DNA of 42,595 nt from Oculatellaceae cyanobacterium bins.114 (GCA_033764315.1 JANRJA010000231.1:1-42595); one strand, 5' to 3'; positions 1 through 9,274 are shown, counted from the first letter of the stretch. Translations and numbers: made by a program. Notes: a model not told the origin generated them from the sequence alone.

Positions 1-558
1 TAAGCCTGCCTGAATCTGAAGCGTGACCACCTCAACCTCAAACGGATGGAATGTCATCGGGGGTGCTGGTCTTAGGTCTGGAACTCGCTCTTCAATCAGT
101 TGAATAATCTGCCTCATCCCTGTTTTGAAATATTCTGTATGCCCCCTTGTTATCAAATTAAAGGCATTGCGTTCTAGCAGTTTATGAAGCGATGCAGGCA
201 GTTCACTTGGACTAGGCATGGTCGTGTTATCCAACAAGACTGGGATCACATAAAGCCCCTGATTTAATGCCAGTTCAACCTCTTGCCGTACCCAATCCCC
301 AGAACTAGCTAACCGTTGTCGCCCCTGGGCATCCTTAACGCTCACCCAAATAGACCCGATCACAACGAGCACTACTTTGCAGTCTTGCATGGCTTGCTTC
401 AAGCGGTCTGGAAATGCAGCCCCATAGTCGATCGAGTTACGATCTAAAAAAACATGTTCTCGCCCAAAGTGGTCTGTTAAGTAATCATCAATCCGACCGA
501 CCACATCTTGACTGTCACTTCTGCGGTAGGAGATGAAAATAGATTCTTTGCTAGTCAT
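1..558 (-). CDS. TIR-domain (TIR_2-like) protein, runs off the left edge of the window
   Basis: Not in the ORF track; manual translation from ATG 558 gives MTSKESIFISYRRSDSQDVVGRIDDYL...VFLDRNSIDYG...DWVRQEVELAL...VIPVLL, i.e. the IFISY and WVxxE TIR motifs; the frame stays open to position 1 and ends ...FHPFEVEVVTL, which resembles the lead-in to cyanobacterial FGE-sulfatase domains. Confidence 0.88.
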   Translation of the reverse strand, partial: MTSKESIFISYRRSDSQDVVGRIDDYLTDHFGREHVFLDRNSIDYGAAFPDRLKQAMQDCKVVLVVIGSIWVSVKDAQGRQRLASSGDWVRQEVELALNQGLYVIPVLLDNTTMPSPSELPASLHKLLERNAFNLITRGHTEYFKTGMRQIIQLIEERVPDLRPAPPMTFHPFEVEVVTLQIQAGL

Positions 559-663
559 TTTTGGGGAGTCTAGGTAGGGTTAGCAATATCGGTCAAACAG
601 CGATCGCCCAGTCCAAGTGCAACTGCCTTTAGTGTATACAAACCCCATGTATCACTATTCAGA

Positions 664-737
664 AAAGGATAAAACATGAAAAATGAAGGATAAAACGGAA
701 TTTCTTTTATCCTTCATCGCTTATCCTTTATCCTTGA
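664..737. repeat. Heptamer tandem repeats (TRAAGGA-like) in inverted arrangement, probable hairpin/terminator
   Basis: AAAGGATAAAACATGAAAAATGAAGGATAAAA followed by TCCTTCA-TCGCTTA-TCCTTTA-TCCTTGA (710-737). Confidence 0.7.
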
Positions 738-741
738 AGTT

Positions 742-1899
742 TCACTGGCTTTGCTGAAGTGCCTGAAGCTGATTCATGACCCACTCATATTGCTGCTGGT
801 CGCCCTGTTGTTTCAGCAGGTTGATGGCCGTTTTGAGGTTGGCGATCGCCCCTTCTCGGTCTCCTAACCCCAACAGCACGCTGCCCCGATTATAGTAAGC
901 TCCTGCCAGGTAAGGATCGCGGGTAATCGTTTGGGTAAAGTCTTCTAGAGCAGCCGATAATTGTTGAGCATCAAAATAGGCGCAGCCCCGGTTGTAATAG
1001 GCATCGGCTAATTGGGGGTTGCGGTGCAGAGCTTCGGTGAAATCAGCGATCGCCCCATTCAAATTGCCTTGATTCAGGTAAATCGTGCCTCGCAGTTGGT
1101 AAGCATCCGCAATGTTGCTATCTTGCTGAATGGCTGCCGTCAAGGTGGCGATCGCCTGAGCCGTCTTGCCCTGTTCTAGTTGCTCAACCCCCTGACGAAT
1201 CGTGTCCTTGGCGGGTGACTCAGAGGCTCCAATTCCCTGACGATAGAGGGTCTGAATCTTGTGTAAGGTGCGATCGCAATAGTCTTGCTCCCCCTGCCGC
1301 CGCCAAAACTCAACCGCTTGCTGAAAATCAGCCAAAGCCGCAGTAGAGTTGCCCATCTCAAGCTGGAGGTTGCCTCGGCAGTAGTAGGAACCTGCCTGTT
1401 CTGAGTCAATTTGAATGCTGTGGTTCAGATCTTCCAAAGCTCCTTGGCGATCGCCCTTCTCATAACGAGCCAGCGCACGCCCACCATAGGCTACCGCGTT
1501 GCCAGGGTTCATCCGAATCGCTTGAGTATGATCGGCGATCGCCCACTCGTAGTCTTGCAAGTCAAACTGCATTCCGCCCCGCAGAGAATAAGCCAGGGGA
1601 TGCCGGGGATTCATATAAATGACGCGCGTTACATCCGCGATCGCCTTCTGTTTGTCGCCCAACCGATAGAGAGCAGTGCCTCGGCCCCAATATGCCTCAA
1701 CTTGATTGGGGTCAAGGGCGATCGCCTCTGTATAGTCTGCCACTGCTCCGCTATAGTCTTGCGAGTCCCATCGAGCATTGCCTCTTAAACAGTGAACTTC
1801 GGCAGTTGGATTTGTCGCAATCGCTTGATCAAATGCCGCGATCGCCCCTGCTAAATCACCGTCGCGCAGCTTCCCTAATCCCTGTTCTAAAACATCCAT
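742..1899 (-). CDS. Tetratricopeptide repeat protein
   Basis: 385 aa with many 34-aa repeats of the type AYxxRGxxxxxxGDxxxAIADYxxAIxxxP. Confidence 0.95.
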   Translation of the reverse strand: MDVLEQGLGKLRDGDLAGAIAAFDQAIATNPTAEVHCLRGNARWDSQDYSGAVADYTEAIALDPNQVEAYWGRGTALYRLGDKQKAIADVTRVIYMNPRHPLAYSLRGGMQFDLQDYEWAIADHTQAIRMNPGNAVAYGGRALARYEKGDRQGALEDLNHSIQIDSEQAGSYYCRGNLQLEMGNSTAALADFQQAVEFWRRQGEQDYCDRTLHKIQTLYRQGIGASESPAKDTIRQGVEQLEQGKTAQAIATLTAAIQQDSNIADAYQLRGTIYLNQGNLNGAIADFTEALHRNPQLADAYYNRGCAYFDAQQLSAALEDFTQTITRDPYLAGAYYNRGSVLLGLGDREGAIANLKTAINLLKQQGDQQQYEWVMNQLQALQQSQ

Positions 1900-1902
1900 C
1901 CG

Positions 1903-2628
1903 CTAAAACCGTCGTCCCAATAATCGCTGTTTCACACCCTCTGCAATCTTTTGTCCCAAATATTCTGGAATCAGGTTTTCATTTGGGCCAAGCAAATACA
2001 AAATTAGGCGGGTTCGTCCACGCCACACCAGTAAATTAGCATTCACAACCAGCAAATCTTCCTGCCAAATGGCGTACATCACTTTGTAAAACAGCCCTGG
2101 CTGGTTATCCGCTTCAATCAATAACGCTGGCAGGTGAAACACAGGATCTACATAAAACTCGGTTTCGACCTGCTCTAGCCCCGCATCCAAATTAAACTCA
2201 ACGGCCAACATCTCCTCAACCTCAAACCGACCTGCCAGTGCCTCGCGCACCGCTCGACAGACGTTTTCAGCCGTTTTATCAACTAGAGCTTTGCCGCCAC
2301 GAGAAACGACTAATTTGATAAACACCAGCATCGGCGGATAAATTTGTCCATATAGGCTGAGGCTATGAATCGTCAGTCCATAGGCTGCCAATACTCCAAA
2401 AATATCGCTCAACAAAAAAGACTGGTTGCGGTAGGCAAAATGCAAAGCACTCTTGTTGCCCTCAGGCTTTAGTTCAATGACCGCTTGTTTGGTTTTGTAA
2501 AGCTGATATGCCAATCTCAGGTTTTGCAACTGAATTTCACTGCTGACAAATTGCTCATAAAACTGGGGAAACGCCCGATTAAAGCGTTTAAGCAGTTCCA
2601 GTGTCGTTGGTTTTAAACCCGTAGCCAT
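1903..2628 (-). CDS. Conserved cyanobacterial protein with two ACT-like domains (resembles the GlnD C-terminal ACT pair)
   Basis: Motifs NQSFLLSDIFGVLAAYGLTI and ADNQPGLFYKVMYAIWQEDLLV; ATG 2628 (MATGLK) preferred over TTG 2640. Confidence 0.75.
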   Translation of the reverse strand: MATGLKPTTLELLKRFNRAFPQFYEQFVSSEIQLQNLRLAYQLYKTKQAVIELKPEGNKSALHFAYRNQSFLLSDIFGVLAAYGLTIHSLSLYGQIYPPMLVFIKLVVSRGGKALVDKTAENVCRAVREALAGRFEVEEMLAVEFNLDAGLEQVETEFYVDPVFHLPALLIEADNQPGLFYKVMYAIWQEDLLVVNANLLVWRGRTRLILYLLGPNENLIPEYLGQKIAEGVKQRLLGRRF

Positions 2629-2974
2629 ACTTTCAAACAAAGATTTACCCGACCTGGTCGAGGGTGGATGCGGTGAACGGGATGCCTTTCATCAGAAAAA
2701 CCTAATTTAAGGTCAATCTCTACAAATTACACGATTCAGCTTAGATCTCAGGGCTAATTTTCATCAATAGCCTACTCTTGATTTATTTCACAGATAAACG
2801 ATGGGATAAGGATACGAGAGATATACTAACTATTACTGCTAAGTAAGTCGCCAGAAAATTCTTGGAGATAGCATTTTGCCGTCTAGCAATGTGCTATGAC
2901 ATTAAAGGCTAATTGCTCAATTCGATTGGCCGACTTACTTATCTTATGTTTATTTATTGAAGTGTTACGCCTAC

Positions 2975-3496
2975 ATGGGTTTTTGGAAAAACTTATTTAG
3001 CACTTCTGATTCTGCTGCGGCACCTAAGTCGGCTCCGGTAGATGCTAGCGTTGCCCAAGGCATCGTGACAAATACGGGTTCGCGGATCTTTTTTAGCACC
3101 GATCGCGAAATCGACTTATATGAGTTAGAAGAACTATGCGATGCGGTAGGTTGGTCGCGCCGTCCTTTGCGGAAGGTCAAAAAGGCGATTCAACACAGTT
3201 TTTTGGTCGTTTCCATGTGGGAACAGCGAGGGGCACAGCGACGACTGATTGGGTTTTCGCGGGCAACCTCTGATCACGCCTTTAATGCCACGATCTGGGA
3301 TGTAGTCGTGCATCCTGACTTTCAAGGGAAAGGATTTGGCAAGGCGTTGATGAAGCAGATGATTAAAAAGCTGCGGAGCGAAGATATTAGCAATATCACT
3401 CTGTTTGCCGATCCTCATGTGGTTGATTTTTACCGGGGGTTGGGCTTTATGTCTGACCCAGAGGGAATCAAGGGAATGTTTTGGTATCCCGATTAA
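2975..3496 (+). CDS. ycf52: GNAT family N-acetyltransferase (Ycf52/NSI-like)
   Basis: [45 protein letters not shown] acetyl-CoA motif, C-terminal [12 protein letters not shown] 2975. Confidence 0.85.
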   Translation: MGFWKNLFSTSDSAAAPKSAPVDASVAQGIVTNTGSRIFFSTDREIDLYELEELCDAVGWSRRPLRKVKKAIQHSFLVVSMWEQRGAQRRLIGFSRATSDHAFNATIWDVVVHPDFQGKGFGKALMKQMIKKLRSEDISNITLFADPHVVDFYRGLGFMSDPEGIKGMFWYPD

Positions 3497-3565
3497 CGAT
3501 AGGGACGAAGCAGTCGGCTGTGATGCCTCAAAGCATTTAGACACAATTTAACCAAATGCTTTGCC

Positions 3566-4036
3566 CTAACCTTGTTGAGCTAACGAGACTGGCTCTAGGG
3601 CAACAAGCGATCGCGCCTGCTGAATCCACCGTGCCACTTCATCCAACGTCGGGCACAAATCCTGACGTTGCATTGTAGCCACCTGAAGTTTGAGTAGTTG
3701 TTGATGCAGCCTGGGTAGGGGAGTTTGAGCCAATTGAGCCGGGGAAGCAACCCCCGCATGGAGAACTAATCCACAATATTGACAGCCCACCGCCGGAACA
3801 CGCGCCAAATCAGCCAGAGCAACCCACTTTTGGACATATTGAGAGTGGATCTGAAGCCGAGCTGCAAGTGCTTGCTTTTGAGCCATAGATTGAGTCGATC
3901 GAAGCAATGTCAGTGTTGTGGTAATGCCCAATTCCACGAGACGATCGCGATCGCCATCACTCAATCCGGGTAGTTGCCCAATCTCCCAGTTGCTAGACCG
4001 CAGAGATTGACGACCCGATTGTTGAGAAGCTCTCAT
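3566..4036 (-). CDS. DUF4332-like helix-hairpin-helix protein
   Basis: IGQLPGLS, KWVALADLARVPAVGCQYCGLVLHAGV, VARWIQQA motifs; ATG 4036. Confidence 0.8.
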   Translation of the reverse strand: MRASQQSGRQSLRSSNWEIGQLPGLSDGDRDRLVELGITTTLTLLRSTQSMAQKQALAARLQIHSQYVQKWVALADLARVPAVGCQYCGLVLHAGVASPAQLAQTPLPRLHQQLLKLQVATMQRQDLCPTLDEVARWIQQARSLVALEPVSLAQQG

Positions 4037-4140
4037 AGTTGACAAAGTTGGAAGGGACTATCCTATCCTAAATACTTCGACTTTGAAAAGGGTTTTTCCA
4101 GTGAGTTGTGCCCATTTCCGACAAGATGATGCCTATTTGA

Positions 4141-4169
4141 GCAGGGGGCGTTTCGCGAAATGCTCTAAC
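4141..4169. repeat. Degenerate small dispersed palindromic repeat (REP/SDR-like)
   Basis: GCAGGGGGCGTTTCGCGAAATGCTCTAAC, imperfect palindrome around TTTCGCGAAA. Confidence 0.5.
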
Positions 4170-4326
4170 CAAGGCGTTGATGTGTCTTTTAAGTTCAGAG
4201 TCATGGCATTAGTCAGGAGCAATCACAGAAATCTTGCCGACTAAGATCACAAAGCAAGCTATACTGTTGGATGGTCAGTGTTGTAAAGCTGAGATTCTGG
4301 ATGAACTCAGTTGAACCGCTTGGCAA

Positions 4327-4400
4327 CGGGATGTAGCGCAGCTTGGTAGCGCGCCTGCTTTGGGAGCAGGATGTCGCAGGTTCAAATCCTGTCATCCCGA
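4327..4400 (+). tRNA. trnP: tRNA-Pro (TGG)
   Basis: Acceptor stem CGGGATG/CATCCCG, D arm GCGC-AGCTTGGTA-GCGC, anticodon arm CCTGC-TTTGGGA-GCAGG, T loop GGTTCAAATCC; CCA not encoded. Confidence 0.98.
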
Positions 4401-4415
4401 TTTAAGTGCAACCTT

Positions 4416-4448
4416 AGAGTTCCGGCTTCTTGCAGAAGCCAGGGTTCT
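4416..4448. repeat. 33-bp palindrome, copy 1
   Basis: AGAGTTCCGGCTTCT-TGC-AGAAGCCAGGGTTCT, 15 nt after the tRNA. Confidence 0.8.
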
Positions 4449-4547
4449 TCACAGAGGTTTTTACCAAAGCTTTATGGCGATCGCCTGTCGAACTTGACAT
4501 ATCTTAAGGCAGGGTAAGGGCGTACTCACTTTTTGATTATCGTTCTC

Positions 4548-5228
4548 ATGCAGAAAATAATTGCCCCACTCCTCATTGCCTCCTCCCTGCTGATCGGTAG
4601 CCTCCCCACTCTGGCTCAAGTTCCCAGTCGCCAACCCACCTCTGGTCAAGGGTGTGACTGTCCTTACGACGTTGATGCGGCAGGTCGGCAGTGTGGAAGG
4701 AGATCTGCATACTCCCGTCCGGGCGGTGCCTCTCCAATTTGCTATATGGAGGCAGCCCCTCAAAACACGCCTGTTCAGATTCAACCTACCGAATCTGCTT
4801 ACGATCGCTACATGAGAATCGGCTATGACGCGAGCCGCAACCGCGACTATCAAACTGCCCTGATCAACTTTAGAAGAGCATTAAATGAACGAGTAGGCGA
4901 TCGCGCTGCCACCCAAGCAATTGCAAACATGGAAGGGGCGATCGCAAATAACAGTAATTCCATTAACACTGATTTTACTTGGCTCTCAAGGCAACAGGTA
5001 ACAACGGCTGATCTGGTAGGTAAGAGTGATTTTGAGTTAGATGTTCTGCGAAACTCGATCTTTGCCCGTTACGGCAGACGCTTCGATCGGGCTGATTTAC
5101 AGGCTTACTTTGATCGTCAATCGTGGTACGAACCACGCTACAGTCCCAGTCAATTTCCCAACAATTTGCTAACTGCCCTGGAACAGAGAAACGTGCAGCT
5201 TATTCTCAACTATCAGAGAAATCAATAA
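4548..5228 (+). CDS. Secreted YARHG-domain protein with an N-terminal Cys-rich module and a TPR-like helix pair
   Basis: Signal peptide (..SLPTLA/Q), CDCPYD..GRQCGRRSAYSRPGG..PICY, YDRYMRIGY..DYQTALINFRRAL, C-terminal LRNSIFARYGRRF..YFDRQSWY..LTALEQRN; ATG 4548. Confidence 0.85.
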   Translation: MQKIIAPLLIASSLLIGSLPTLAQVPSRQPTSGQGCDCPYDVDAAGRQCGRRSAYSRPGGASPICYMEAAPQNTPVQIQPTESAYDRYMRIGYDASRNRDYQTALINFRRALNERVGDRAATQAIANMEGAIANNSNSINTDFTWLSRQQVTTADLVGKSDFELDVLRNSIFARYGRRFDRADLQAYFDRQSWYEPRYSPSQFPNNLLTALEQRNVQLILNYQRNQ

Positions 5229-5241
5229 AAACAACCCTCCG

Positions 5242-5274
5242 AGATCTCCACCTTTTAGCAGAAGTTGGAGATCG
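5242..5274. repeat. 33-bp palindrome, copy 2
   Basis: AGATCTCCACCTTTT-AGC-AGAAGTTGGAGATCG. Confidence 0.75.
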
Positions 5275-5336
5275 AGCTATTAACCAGCATTGATCTGTTC
5301 CAGACATAGTCTGAAATTAACAAGGAAATAATTTTG

Positions 5337-6227
5337 ATGCGATTTAGCCTCTTTTGGCTGCTGATAGTTCTTACGAGTGGATGTACCCAACTATCAAGAA
5401 TGACACCAGATCCTCGGCCTATCTCTACCCCATTAATTAAACCCGGTGCTCCTACCTCTCCAATTCCCATTTCTGTGTCCCCTACTCCTTCCCCATCAGT
5501 AGCAGTATCACCAGAAACCCAACAAAAACTATTTGGATTTAATCAGCCTATAAATCGTGCTCGTGTCGCTTTTGAGTCTTATGGATTTATTGCTCGGTGG
5601 GAGCTAGGCGACTTCCAACTAAGGTTAACTCGTCAGGATGATGCTTGCAATTTAACAGCCCACAAGTCACCAGATGCCCAAAATATGGAAGGTTTGCAGG
5701 TGCGACTGGTACGGTTGACTCCTGAATGTATGGGTACATTGAAGCTGGCACTCAACACACTTGCACCAGAATCTAACGTAGAAGGAATAATTAATCGTAT
5801 CTCTGACTTTGAGAATTTTGTGATTGAGGCTTCTGAGGTTTACTTCGTGACACTTTATGACGGTGCTTCTATCATTGAAGCAAGATGGATTAATAACGAT
5901 TCCGACTGCCCAGTTGGAAGTTGTGAGCTTTCAATTTCAATCCAGTCTAGACGTAGCTACGACAGCAATGAATTTACCTGGCTTTCAGAACGAGAGGTAA
6001 CAACGGCTGACTTAGAAGGCAAGAGTACTTTTGAGTTAGATGTGCTACGAAACTCTATCTTTGCTCGATATGGCAGACGATTCGATCGCCCTGATTTACA
6101 AACTTATTTTGATGGGCAGTCATGGTACGAACCACGCTATAGCCCTAGTCAGTTCCCCAATAATCAACTGACGGATTTGGAGACGAGTAACGCCCAATTT
6201 ATTCTCGACTATCAGAAGAGTCACTAG
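5337..6227 (+). CDS. Putative lipoprotein with C-terminal YARHG domain
   Basis: Lipobox-like LTSGC, Pro/Ser-rich linker, unrecognised middle domain, C-terminal LRNSIFARYGRRF..YFDGQSWY. Confidence 0.85.
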   Translation: MRFSLFWLLIVLTSGCTQLSRMTPDPRPISTPLIKPGAPTSPIPISVSPTPSPSVAVSPETQQKLFGFNQPINRARVAFESYGFIARWELGDFQLRLTRQDDACNLTAHKSPDAQNMEGLQVRLVRLTPECMGTLKLALNTLAPESNVEGIINRISDFENFVIEASEVYFVTLYDGASIIEARWINNDSDCPVGSCELSISIQSRRSYDSNEFTWLSEREVTTADLEGKSTFELDVLRNSIFARYGRRFDRPDLQTYFDGQSWYEPRYSPSQFPNNQLTDLETSNAQFILDYQKSH

Positions 6228-6237
6228 GATCAAGCTT

Positions 6238-6274
6238 TCAGAACTCCGGCTTCTTAGAGAAGCCGGAGTTCTGA
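6238..6274. repeat. 33-bp palindrome family, copy 3 (perfect, 17-bp arms), between convergent genes; possible bidirectional terminator
   Basis: TCAGAACTCCGGCTTCT-TAG-AGAAGCCGGAGTTCTGA. Confidence 0.9.
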
Positions 6275-6282
6275 CTCACACT

Positions 6283-7587
6283 CTACTGAGCACCACCAAC
6301 CGTGATGGTCGATTTCACCTCCAGACTGCCATCCTCCGCGATCGTCCAGACATCGTAGGCTCCGGCGACATCACCCGCTTCATTAAAGTCGAGAGTGCCG
6401 CTAGCTCCCTGGAAGTCGATATCTTGCCCTTGCCGCACGAGTTCCAGTGCTTGACAAACATCTGTTACCTTCTCGCCTGGGGGGTTTGCCACAGTTGAGA
6501 TTTGTTCTCGGATAGCGGCTCCAGTGTTGGCTTTGGCGGCCTCTGATGCTAAGACAAGAATGGCGGCTGCATCCCACGAGTTGGGGTCATACACCTGCGG
6601 ATTGCGGTTAAATTTGCCCATGTAGAGTTCCTTAAACTGGGCGATCGCCGGACCTCCTGCACTAGGAGCGGTACCAATCACACCCGACACAATAAACTGA
6701 CCATCTGAGTCCTTACCCACCAACTCTGCCAAGTTGTCTGTTTTCATGCCATCGGTCATGAGAAGTTTTGTTTTGCCCTCTAAAAAACCTTGCTCATAAG
6801 CAGCTTTAACAATTAAGCTCCCGGTTTCTGGATAGGCGATCAACAACACTGCATCAGGTTCTCCCTCAAAGGCAGCCCCCACTTCAGAGTCAAAAGTGGT
6901 GGCATCCGCCGCATAACGAACGGGATCAGTCTCATTTACAACAGTGCCCCCCAATGCTTTAAAAGCAGGCACAAATGCTTGAATCAAACCATTTCCGTAG
7001 TCATTGTTAATCGACAGGATGGCGACGTTCGTAAAACCTTGTTCCTTAGCGAGTCTTGCCAATGCTTCTCCTTGATAGGTGTCAGGAGGAGCCGTGCGGA
7101 ACCAGAAGCCGTTAAATTCACCTTTGTTGGCTCGTTCTGTAAATGTTGGACTCGTGCTAGAAGGAGAAATTTCAATCACCTCATTGCGAACGGCGATATC
7201 AACCGCTGCGCTGGAAACAGAGCTAGCCGCTGCCCCAATCACTCCAGCTACGCGATCGACCTCTGCCAGTTTGGTCATGCCGGATGCTCCTGCCGCTGGG
7301 TCAGTCCGATCATCCTCAGAAATCAGCTCTACAGGTTGTCCTAAGGCTCCACCACAAGCATTCACAGTATCAACCAAAAAGCTGACGCTGTCTTGCATCG
7401 GTGCACCATATTGCGCCAAATCACCCGTTAAAGGCAATAAGGTACCAATTTTGAGGGCACCACCATCAGCAGAGGCAGTTGGAGAGGTGCTGGCTGAAGA
7501 TTCGTTTGTAGCTTGAGGGGTTTCTGTGCCACAAGCGGTCAGCAACAACAGGAGAGCAATTACCCCCAAAGGAGAACGACTTCGCAT
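6283..7587 (-). CDS. natB: ABC transporter substrate-binding lipoprotein, branched/neutral amino acid family (NatB-like)
   Basis: Lipobox LTAC, LKIGTLLPLTGDLA, ISPSSTSP, FWFRTAPPDTYQG, DIDFQGASG; ATG 7587 (or 7596) gives a normal signal peptide. Confidence 0.85.
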   Translation of the reverse strand: MRSRSPLGVIALLLLLTACGTETPQATNESSASTSPTASADGGALKIGTLLPLTGDLAQYGAPMQDSVSFLVDTVNACGGALGQPVELISEDDRTDPAAGASGMTKLAEVDRVAGVIGAAASSVSSAAVDIAVRNEVIEISPSSTSPTFTERANKGEFNGFWFRTAPPDTYQGEALARLAKEQGFTNVAILSINNDYGNGLIQAFVPAFKALGGTVVNETDPVRYAADATTFDSEVGAAFEGEPDAVLLIAYPETGSLIVKAAYEQGFLEGKTKLLMTDGMKTDNLAELVGKDSDGQFIVSGVIGTAPSAGGPAIAQFKELYMGKFNRNPQVYDPNSWDAAAILVLASEAAKANTGAAIREQISTVANPPGEKVTDVCQALELVRQGQDIDFQGASGTLDFNEAGDVAGAYDVWTIAEDGSLEVKSTITVGGAQ

Positions 7588-8058
7588 CGCCCCCATCAGT
7601 TTGACAAAAGATAGTTTGAATAAACATTGAGACTGAGAAAAATTATTAAGGCGATTCAGGGTGTGTGTTAAACGGTTCATGCGACCACCTGAGAGTTTAT
7701 AGATTTTGATCAATTAGCCCTAGAAGATATCTCTCAATAGGGTGGGGATATCCTGCTACTGAGCCATTGTTGAATCAGACAGTGAGCTGAGACATCAAAA
7801 TTTTAAGGAGTAACCCTCAAGGATTGACACTCAACTCAAAGATTTTGGCCTATTATTCGTTGATCTTACTGAACGAAGTCATCCCAAAGATCGTCCGTTT
7901 TTGACCTGATGGGAGCACTTTAGAGCCAAGAGGAACTAACGTGTAAACAACCCAGTCGTAAGGGTTGATGCGATCGCCTCACCTGCCGTCTCACTTGCTA
8001 TCTTTGCACTGGAGGCTGCGATCGCTGGCTTGTAGTTTGCTGTAAGGTGGGATGGGGT

Positions 8059-8100
8059 CAGTGACAGTCCCACAGTAACAATCCCACAGTGACAGTCCCA
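8059..8100. repeat. 14-bp tandem repeat x3
   Basis: CAGTGACAGTCCCA CAGTAACAATCCCA CAGTGACAGTCCCA. Confidence 0.9.
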
Positions 8101-8386
8101 TAACCAGCCAGTCCCCCAACCCGCTATTGTGCTCATTACAAGCGTTGATCATGCAATTGTGACAATCGATGAAGCGGCATCTTGATTCGTCCCAACATTG
8201 CCTAATCACCCCAATATACTCATTACACCTGTGGTTCTTGCTACTTTTATCGTTACGCTTTTCCCTGATTCGCTGATCTTGAATTTGAATTAAATAAGTC
8301 AGTATGGAGTCAAAGGAACTGAAGTGTAACGAAAGTTATACAATCTTTTGATGAACGTGATGCCAGTATCGTTACCCGGAGCAATT

Positions 8387-9175
8387 ATGAAATCATTTGT
8401 TCGATGGAGTACAGCTCTCAGTCTTGTAGGGGGTGTTTTGTTTGGTTCATTGTTTGTTGGCGGTATGCGATCGCTGGCATTAACTACCGAACAAGTTGCA
8501 GAGCGGCTCCGTCCTGTTCCTGTTTTTACCTTGACTGATGCTGAAGGGGCTCCTTTGGTTGCAACCCAACAAGGTCAAGAGGGCACTCCTGTTGCTGGGG
8601 TGTTTATTAGCATGCAAGATGCTGAAAACTTCCTCAATAACTTGAGACAAAGCAACCCTGATGTCGCTAGAAACGTCCAAGTCACCCCTGTCTCTTTGGC
8701 AGAGGTCTATCAATTGGCGATCGCAGACAATGCTGAAGCATTAGAATTTGCCTTTATCCCCATTCAGCAACAAGTTCAAGTTGCGGTAGAGGTATTGCGA
8801 CAAAACGGTGAAAACGTTCAAGAGTTTGAAGGCGTTCCCCTATTTATTGCTCGATCGGGCGGTCAAGAGAATGGCTATTTAACGATTCAACAAGGCGAGC
8901 AGCAAGTTATCCCTATTTTCTTTACACGAGATGATTTGCAAGCCATGTTGGAGCAAGTAAGACAACGGCAACCTGAATTGACGACCAACACCAGTATCCA
9001 AGTGGTCAACCTTGAAGGATTGATCAACACCTTACAAAACAGCGAAAATCAAGAATTAAACCGCATTTTGCTGGTGCCCCCACGAGAATCTATTGAGTTT
9101 ATTCAATCCCTCCCACGGGAAGGGGAAGCAGCACCTCCAGCACAACAGCAACCCCGCCCTGCGGCACCACGTTAA
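8387..9175 (+). CDS. tic22: Tic22 family periplasmic chaperone
   Basis: MKSFVRWS signal peptide, LRPVPVFTLTDAEGAPL, GVFISMQDA, PVSLAEVY, FEGVPLF, IPIFF; ATG 8387. Confidence 0.92.
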   Translation: MKSFVRWSTALSLVGGVLFGSLFVGGMRSLALTTEQVAERLRPVPVFTLTDAEGAPLVATQQGQEGTPVAGVFISMQDAENFLNNLRQSNPDVARNVQVTPVSLAEVYQLAIADNAEALEFAFIPIQQQVQVAVEVLRQNGENVQEFEGVPLFIARSGGQENGYLTIQQGEQQVIPIFFTRDDLQAMLEQVRQRQPELTTNTSIQVVNLEGLINTLQNSENQELNRILLVPPRESIEFIQSLPREGEAAPPAQQQPRPAAPR

Positions 9176-9231
9176 TCTCAACCCTATTCCTCTGGTTGAA
9201 CCCAGTTGGAACCCAGTTGTGTGATGACCAG

Positions 9232-9274
9232 TTGTGTCTTAGAATCCTGGCTTAACAGAGGTTCTAAGACACAA
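9232..9274 (+). terminator. Stem-loop downstream of tic22
   Basis: TTGTGTCTTAGAA ... TTCTAAGACACAA 13-bp arms followed by TTTTGGTTTT. Confidence 0.7.

Noticed and set aside
4213..4395. 60-aa ORF MTGFEPATS...
   Set aside because: Antisense shadow of the tRNA-Pro gene.
4971..6227. Diversity-generating retroelement TR/VR pair in the two YARHG copies
   Set aside because: Differences are not adenine-specific, many are synonymous, both copies are coding, and no reverse transcriptase is present.
4327..6300. Classical integrative island at tRNA-Pro
   Set aside because: No integrase and no duplicated tRNA 3' end (attR) was found.
8325..8342. NtcA box upstream of tic22 (TGTAACGAAAGTTATACA)
   Set aside because: Spacing is GTA-N10-TAC; the N8 position gives TAT, so it is not canonical.
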